Origin: a virus
IMG/VR virus record: IMGVR_UViG_3300000494_000001
Span: 1-10,456 of that record
DNA: 10,456 nt
Reading direction: 5' to 3' (one strand)
Shown here in pieces: positions 6,785-10,456 of this stretch; position 1 is the first letter of the stretch; the number at the start of each line of letters is the position of its first letter. The translations under genes were made by a program, and so were the position numbers. The notes under the pieces are model-generated. The model ran no database searches. It worked only from the letters and a program-made list of their open reading frames with translations, and had not been told where the DNA came from.

Positions 6785-8911
6785 TTAAACACCCTTTCTA
6801 TTTTTAAATAAATAACCTTCTCTAAAATCTTTTAAAAATTTACCATATTGTTTACTAATTGATAAAGTAAATTCACACTTATCTAAATGAATACATGAGG
6901 GTATATAAATATCTTCAACATTTCCCTGATAATCTATTGATTGTATTCTCATTTCTTCATCAATATAAGTATGAGTATTTTTACCTGTTTCATCAGCAGG
7001 TATATAAAGTTCATCATTGAACATATCAAACACCTTTTCATAATCATTATTACATACCCTTTTCATATATTCAATGCCATTCTTTTTAGATAGTCCAGCA
7101 ACAGTTAAAGCTAATTCCCCATTATCATATCTAACTAAATATCTTTTAGCACCTAATGTTTTAAAATGCGTATAATGTCCGTCATAATCCCATACCCCCA
7201 TCATTTTTTCAATTCCTTCTTTAGTTTTAGGCTTCATTAAATTAAAATCAATTTTTCTAAAATTACACATCTTTTTTAACTTCTCAACTAAATTTTTATT
7301 ATACCATTCAATATATGGTATATGTTTTTCATAGTTTAATAATTTAACACTATCAGTATCACTATATACATAATCTTCCCCAATGTTTAAAATACCACTC
7401 CATAAATTACGCCTTGCATATGCTGTAACCCATACACCCCACGGATAATATAAAAACCTGTTCGGACTATTATTATATGTTTCTATCTGTTTTTCAATTT
7501 CTCCATCACTAGGTTTAATAATATTCCATTCTTCATTATATTCTATTAATTCCCTTACTATATCAGTAACCGTCATTCCATAAACACTATTAAGCATACC
7601 TTTAGATAATAAATATTCTACTTCATATCCTTCAACCCCTTTTAAAGTTGTTTTATTCTGATATAACTCTAATATGCTTTCTATTATAGGTTTAGGTAGA
7701 TACTGCATATAAAATTTATAGCAATTTGCTATTTCTACACTATCCCATGAATAACATTGTTTTAATATTTTATAGTCTATATCGGTAATAGTTGTTATAA
7801 TTTCATCTGCTTGATATATCCTGCCATTGTTAACTATTGCATTTTTTTGACTAAAACATTTACTTTCACTTAAATAGCTTTCATACGTTAGTTTAGAATG
7901 TAACCCCTTAATTTTAATATCAAACATTAACCCAACATCTTCATTCCTTACTAAATCTTCAAAATTTTCCTTTCTTAAATCAACTTTTATCGGTTTACTC
8001 ATTGGATACTTTTCAGCTAACATAACGCTAGGATAACTACTTGTAAAATCTATACTTGTAACATCTTCTAATGTTTTACCTACATACTTTAAACTAGCAT
8101 GAGTAAACCCGCCCATAAAACACCTTTTTAGCATTACATATTCATCTAATGATAGTGTCAGTTCTTTCATTAATTCTCTATATCTGTTATACTTCCCTTT
8201 ACTGCTTTTATTATGATTTTTGTCTGTAAAGTAACATTTCTCTTTTACGAATTTTCTCACCCTTCCTGTATTAGTTAAAGGTATTTTAGTAATGTTATTA
8301 TCATATAATTGTATCTGCTCATTGATATAATATAGAATAATTAAAATATCATTCTTACAATATGCCATTTCTTCATCTGATAAAACAGTTTTACTATTTC
8401 TTATTAATGAATAATCTAAATCACCCACTAGCTTTTTAATCTTATGTTTAGTTAAATTTTTAGCCAAATTAGCCAATGAATAGCCGCTTAATATATAACT
8501 ATCTCTAAATTCTACACCTTGTTTTATTACTGCTTTTATTGGTTTTCTTTCTTCCGTTGAAAATACATTTTCCCATTCAAAAAATTTTCTCATGAATTGA
8601 AATTCATAGCCTAAATTATGAACATATATAATTAGCCTATTATATAAATTGAGTTCTAATTGATTAATTAACATCTGCATAAATTCGCCAAACTGTTCCC
8701 ATGTTCTACCATAGTAAACAGTTTCACCAATTCCAAACATCCATATATACATATAGGCACACTTTTCACCATTATATAACTGTGAAGTTGTTTCTATATC
8801 AAAAGCACATTCAATATTATAATACTTAATTACCTGTTTGCTATGAATATTATAATATGATACTGTTTTATAATCTTCTTTATTTAATTTCATATTCTGA
8901 TACCATAGCAT
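6785..8911 (-). CDS. Protein-primed family-B DNA polymerase
   Basis: Exo I AFDIETT, Exo II YVHNLGYEFQF, Exo III YCKNDILI, YxGG-like FMGGFTH, motif A DFTSSYPS, motif B KGMLNSVYG, motif C YVYSDTDS and KxY GAKRY. All are in the canonical order and match the phi29/PRD1/adenovirus-type protein-primed subgroup. GAGGTGG RBS. Confidence 0.95.
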   Translation of the reverse strand: MLWYQNMKLNKEDYKTVSYYNIHSKQVIKYYNIECAFDIETTSQLYNGEKCAYMYIWMFGIGETVYYGRTWEQFGEFMQMLINQLELNLYNRLIIYVHNLGYEFQFMRKFFEWENVFSTEERKPIKAVIKQGVEFRDSYILSGYSLANLAKNLTKHKIKKLVGDLDYSLIRNSKTVLSDEEMAYCKNDILIILYYINEQIQLYDNNITKIPLTNTGRVRKFVKEKCYFTDKNHNKSSKGKYNRYRELMKELTLSLDEYVMLKRCFMGGFTHASLKYVGKTLEDVTSIDFTSSYPSVMLAEKYPMSKPIKVDLRKENFEDLVRNEDVGLMFDIKIKGLHSKLTYESYLSESKCFSQKNAIVNNGRIYQADEIITTITDIDYKILKQCYSWDSVEIANCYKFYMQYLPKPIIESILELYQNKTTLKGVEGYEVEYLLSKGMLNSVYGMTVTDIVRELIEYNEEWNIIKPSDGEIEKQIETYNNSPNRFLYYPWGVWVTAYARRNLWSGILNIGEDYVYSDTDSVKLLNYEKHIPYIEWYNKNLVEKLKKMCNFRKIDFNLMKPKTKEGIEKMMGVWDYDGHYTHFKTLGAKRYLVRYDNGELALTVAGLSKKNGIEYMKRVCNNDYEKVFDMFNDELYIPADETGKNTHTYIDEEMRIQSIDYQGNVEDIYIPSCIHLDKCEFTLSISKQYGKFLKDFREGYLFKNRKGV

Positions 8912-8924
8912 TTAGCCACCTCAT

Positions 8925-9509
8925 TTATATTTTTATAAAATCCCAATCCTTAATACCTTCTTTAAATCCTTCTTGATTATCTTCTACTTGGACAACCTTT
9001 TCTAGTTCTTGTATAAATATCTGTAGTCTTTCTTCTGTGCTTTCCACACCTGTTAAATCTAATATACCTTGTTTAATTTGAACATTAATTTGTTCCCATA
9101 TTTTTTGATAATCTAATGCTAATGCATTTAATTCACTCATTTTATAGTATTCTTTAATTTTATCTGCTAATCTAAAAAATTCCTTTGATTTAGCTTTTAA
9201 TTCTGCTAAACTGTTATATTTAATACCTGTATTTTCTGCCATTTCTCTTAAATATTTATTTGCTTCTCTTACTAGACTTGTTTTATTATCCAAAAATCTT
9301 TTTAATCTCCAAAATTCTGCTTGTAATTGATTATAGTCTTTACCTTTAACACTGAATTTAATTGCCCCACCTTTAACCCATGATTGATATGCAGGTAAAT
9401 CAGTTAATTCATTTCTTTCAAGTCTTTTTAATCTCTTATTTGCCATACTTGCCATTCTGCTTACTTCTTTCTTTAGTTCTAAATACTTTTTACTTGCTAA
9501 TTGTGTCAT
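8925..9509 (-). CDS. Candidate terminal protein (TP)
   Basis: It lies immediately upstream of the polymerase, as in phi29 (gene 3 then gene 2). It has a basic N-terminus (KRLKRLERN..DLP). DYNQLQAEFWRLKRFLDNKTSLVREANKY resembles the phi29 TP segment FETRAQFNKWKEQASSFTNRANMRY (recalled). ITRs and a protein-primed polymerase require a TP. Confidence 0.5.
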   Translation of the reverse strand: MTQLASKKYLELKKEVSRMASMANKRLKRLERNELTDLPAYQSWVKGGAIKFSVKGKDYNQLQAEFWRLKRFLDNKTSLVREANKYLREMAENTGIKYNSLAELKAKSKEFFRLADKIKEYYKMSELNALALDYQKIWEQINVQIKQGILDLTGVESTEERLQIFIQELEKVVQVEDNQEGFKEGIKDWDFIKI

Positions 9510-9534
9510 TATTAAACCCCCTTTAACCTTTCAA

Positions 9535-9765
9535 TTATTCTTTAATCATTTCATAGAATAGTTTATTGTATAATACTTCTAATTGATATATATTTGATTG
9601 TTTCATATACATATATAGATATTTAATATTGTTAGCCCTTCCTTGCTCAAATGCGTGTATATTCTGCAAGTTTTCATTATTAAGTTTAGCAAAATTAGTT
9701 AAAGATAATTTCAAAACATTAATTCTATAATCTTTACATATTGCACCTATTTTTTTAATATCCAT
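9535..9765 (-). CDS. XRE-family helix-turn-helix transcriptional regulator
   Basis: LSLTNFAKLNNENLQNIHAFEQGRANN fits the HTH_3 pattern (helix, turn, recognition helix, then E.G). The protein is small (76 aa). AAGGTGGTGA RBS. Confidence 0.6.
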   Translation of the reverse strand: MDIKKIGAICKDYRINVLKLSLTNFAKLNNENLQNIHAFEQGRANNIKYLYMYMKQSNIYQLEVLYNKLFYEMIKE

Positions 9766-9780
9766 TATTTCACCACCTTA

Positions 9781-9815
9781 TTTTAAAATAGGGCAGGGTA
9801 TTTAAACCCTACCCC
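9781..9815 (-). terminator. GC-rich hairpin with short U-tract: candidate leaky terminator/attenuator after the first early gene(s)
   Basis: Minus-sense GGGGUAGGGU-UUAAAU-ACCCUGCCC(U) followed by AUUUUAAAA: a 9-10 bp stem with G.U wobbles only in the sense RNA. The stem contains the last codons and the stop of the 121-aa ORF. Its design is similar to the hairpin at 2126..2156. Confidence 0.4.
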
Positions 9816-10167
9816 AATTTACTGAATACCCTTTTTTCAATTCTTTACCTTGCCTGTACTCATATTCATAAATTTTGAATACAAACTTACCTTCATTAAT
9901 TAGTTTTACATATTCTTCATTGTTTACAATCTTTTTAACTGTTTCTGTTAAATGTTTAGGTAAATTAATAATGTAATCATCTGTTACAACTACTTCATTT
10001 TCACCATACAAAGACTTTTTATTAGTGTAGAACATTCTTACAATATATACACCGTCTTTATTTTCTTTGTATAGTTCTTCTAACTTTTTGTATTCGTGCT
10101 TATCTGTTAGTTCATAGTCAAATTTTTTAGTACCTTTGTTTAACCCATCAATCAAATTAAATTTCAT
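9802..10167 (-). CDS. Hypothetical early protein (possible DNA-binding/SSB-type replication accessory protein, by position and size only)
   Basis: 121-aa ORF with an AGGGGTG RBS, the first substantial gene after the end promoter. Its size is comparable to phi29 p5/p6. The family is not recognisable by eye. Confidence 0.55.
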   Translation of the reverse strand: MKFNLIDGLNKGTKKFDYELTDKHEYKKLEELYKENKDGVYIVRMFYTNKKSLYGENEVVVTDDYIINLPKHLTETVKKIVNNEEYVKLINEGKFVFKIYEYEYRQGKELKKGYSVNWGRV

Positions 10168-10168
10168 A

Positions 10169-10297
10169 TTAATACACCCCTTTATTATTGTTATAGTATT
10201 CTTTCAAACCTTCCCAACTTGCTACAATGTTTTTACTCTTACATAGTTTTACATAATCAAATAGATACTTAACATTCAAGTAAACCACTCCCTTCAT
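10169..10297 (-). CDS. Possible small early ORF (42 aa from the ATG; 36 aa if it starts at the in-frame TTG at 10279)
   Basis: Not in the supplied track because it is too short. It translates as MKGVVYLNVKYLFDYVKLCKSKNIVASWEGLKEYYNNNKGVY. The in-frame TTG is preceded by AAGGGAGTGG at about 5 nt. The stop lies 1 nt before the next ATG. It could equally be an untranslated leader. Confidence 0.3.
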   Translation of the reverse strand: MKGVVYLNVKYLFDYVKLCKSKNIVASWEGLKEYYNNNKGVY

Positions 10298-10316
10298 TTA
10301 TTTAATTTCTATCCAC

Positions 10317-10345
10317 ATTATAAACCATAAATATTTTATTATCAA
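10317..10345 (-). promoter_or_regulatory. Sigma-A-type promoter: TTGATA - 17 nt - TATAAT, reading into the genome from the right end
   Basis: The reverse complement reads ttctaTTGATAataaaatatttatggttTATAATgtggat. The -35 is 10340..10345 (5/6), the spacer is exactly 17 nt, and the -10 is 10317..10322 (6/6). It is the only noncoding stretch upstream of the whole gene train. Confidence 0.6.
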
Positions 10346-10362
10346 TAGAAAATCTAAAAATT

Positions 10363-10391
10363 TTATGTTACATTATGTTAAATTTATGTTA
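10363..10391. promoter_or_regulatory. Three direct repeats of TTATGTTA (minus-sense TAACATAA), spaced 10 and 11 bp, between the right ITR and the -35
   Basis: Exact 8-mers at 10363-10370, 10373-10380 and 10384-10391. Copies 1 and 3 extend to TTATGTTACA. The spacing is helical, and the repeats sit at about -40 to -75 relative to the predicted start. Confidence 0.5.
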
Positions 10392-10394
10392 CAC

Positions 10395-10456
10395 AAAATA
10401 AATAATGTTTCACGTGAAACAATTTTAGTTGCAAATATTTGATGAAATTATTTTGT
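10395..10456. repeat. Right inverted terminal repeat (62 bp)
   Basis: Exact reverse complement of 1..62. It contains the mirrored palindromes at 10407..10420 and 10432..10441. Confidence 0.95.

Larger units (their letters stand above)
1..10456 (-). mobile_element. Complete linear phage genome (phi29-like / Picovirinae-type, protein-primed), all genes on the minus strand
   Basis: The window starts and ends exactly with a perfect 62-bp inverted repeat. It encodes a protein-primed type-B DNA polymerase, candidate terminal protein, gp16-like ATPase, gp10-like portal, capsid, tail knob, holin and endolysin. Genes are tightly packed and often joined by ATGA/TAATG overlaps. Confidence 0.85.

Noticed and set aside
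6785-6900. Possible internal late promoter upstream of the packaging ATPase, within the 3' end of the polymerase gene
   Set aside because: Scanning by eye found only weak -35/-10-like hexamers of the kind expected at random in AT-rich DNA, with no consensus pair at 16-18 bp spacing. This cannot be excluded without a PWM scan or transcript mapping.
1-10456. Mycoplasma/Spiroplasma host with genetic code 4, suggested by the extreme AT content and small genome
   Set aside because: TGA works as a stop at well-defined, translationally coupled gene ends (portal, 163-aa and 181-aa ORFs). Trp is encoded by TGG. The genome also encodes a peptidoglycan amidase with a SPOR domain, which makes no sense for a wall-less host.
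1-10456. Temperate, integrative or plasmid-like element
   Set aside because: No ORF has integrase, recombinase, partition or Rep motifs. The single XRE-type HTH is not enough to infer lysogeny, and the gene content fits a lytic protein-primed phage.

Overview
The window appears to be a complete linear dsDNA phage genome of 10,456 bp. It is bounded by perfect 62-bp inverted terminal repeats (1..62 = reverse complement of 10395..10456). It is very AT-rich (roughly a quarter G+C by eye), and every credible gene lies on the minus strand, so the genome reads from 10456 down to 1. Gene order in reading direction: one near-consensus sigma-A-type promoter; a possible 42-aa ORF; a 121-aa early protein; a leaky hairpin terminator; an XRE-type HTH protein; a candidate terminal protein; a protein-primed family-B DNA polymerase; a phi29 gp16-like packaging ATPase; a BhlA/UviB-like holin; a phi29 gp10-like portal (upper collar); two unknown morphogenesis proteins; the major capsid protein; a second hairpin terminator; a tail-knob (phi29 gp9-like) gene split into two ORFs; and an Amidase_2+SPOR endolysin whose last codons run into the left ITR. 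I read this as a miniature phi29-like (Picovirinae-type) podovirus that replicates by protein priming, probably from a low-GC Gram-positive host such as a Clostridium-like bacterium. The host guess rests on strong GGAGG/GGTGG ribosome-binding sites, the BhlA-type holin and the cell-wall amidase. At about half the size of classical phi29-like genomes, it has no recognisable appendage/receptor-binding gene, no separate lower-collar gene and no room for a pRNA locus. Points worth follow-up: the ITR palindromes; two possible frameshift sites (a G5 run between the two tail-knob ORFs, and the acidic +1 frame after the portal's DEAPA tandem repeat); three helically phased repeats upstream of the only clear promoter; and the one-strand, single-promoter transcription layout. 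All homology statements come from recognising motifs by eye and have not been tested by searches.
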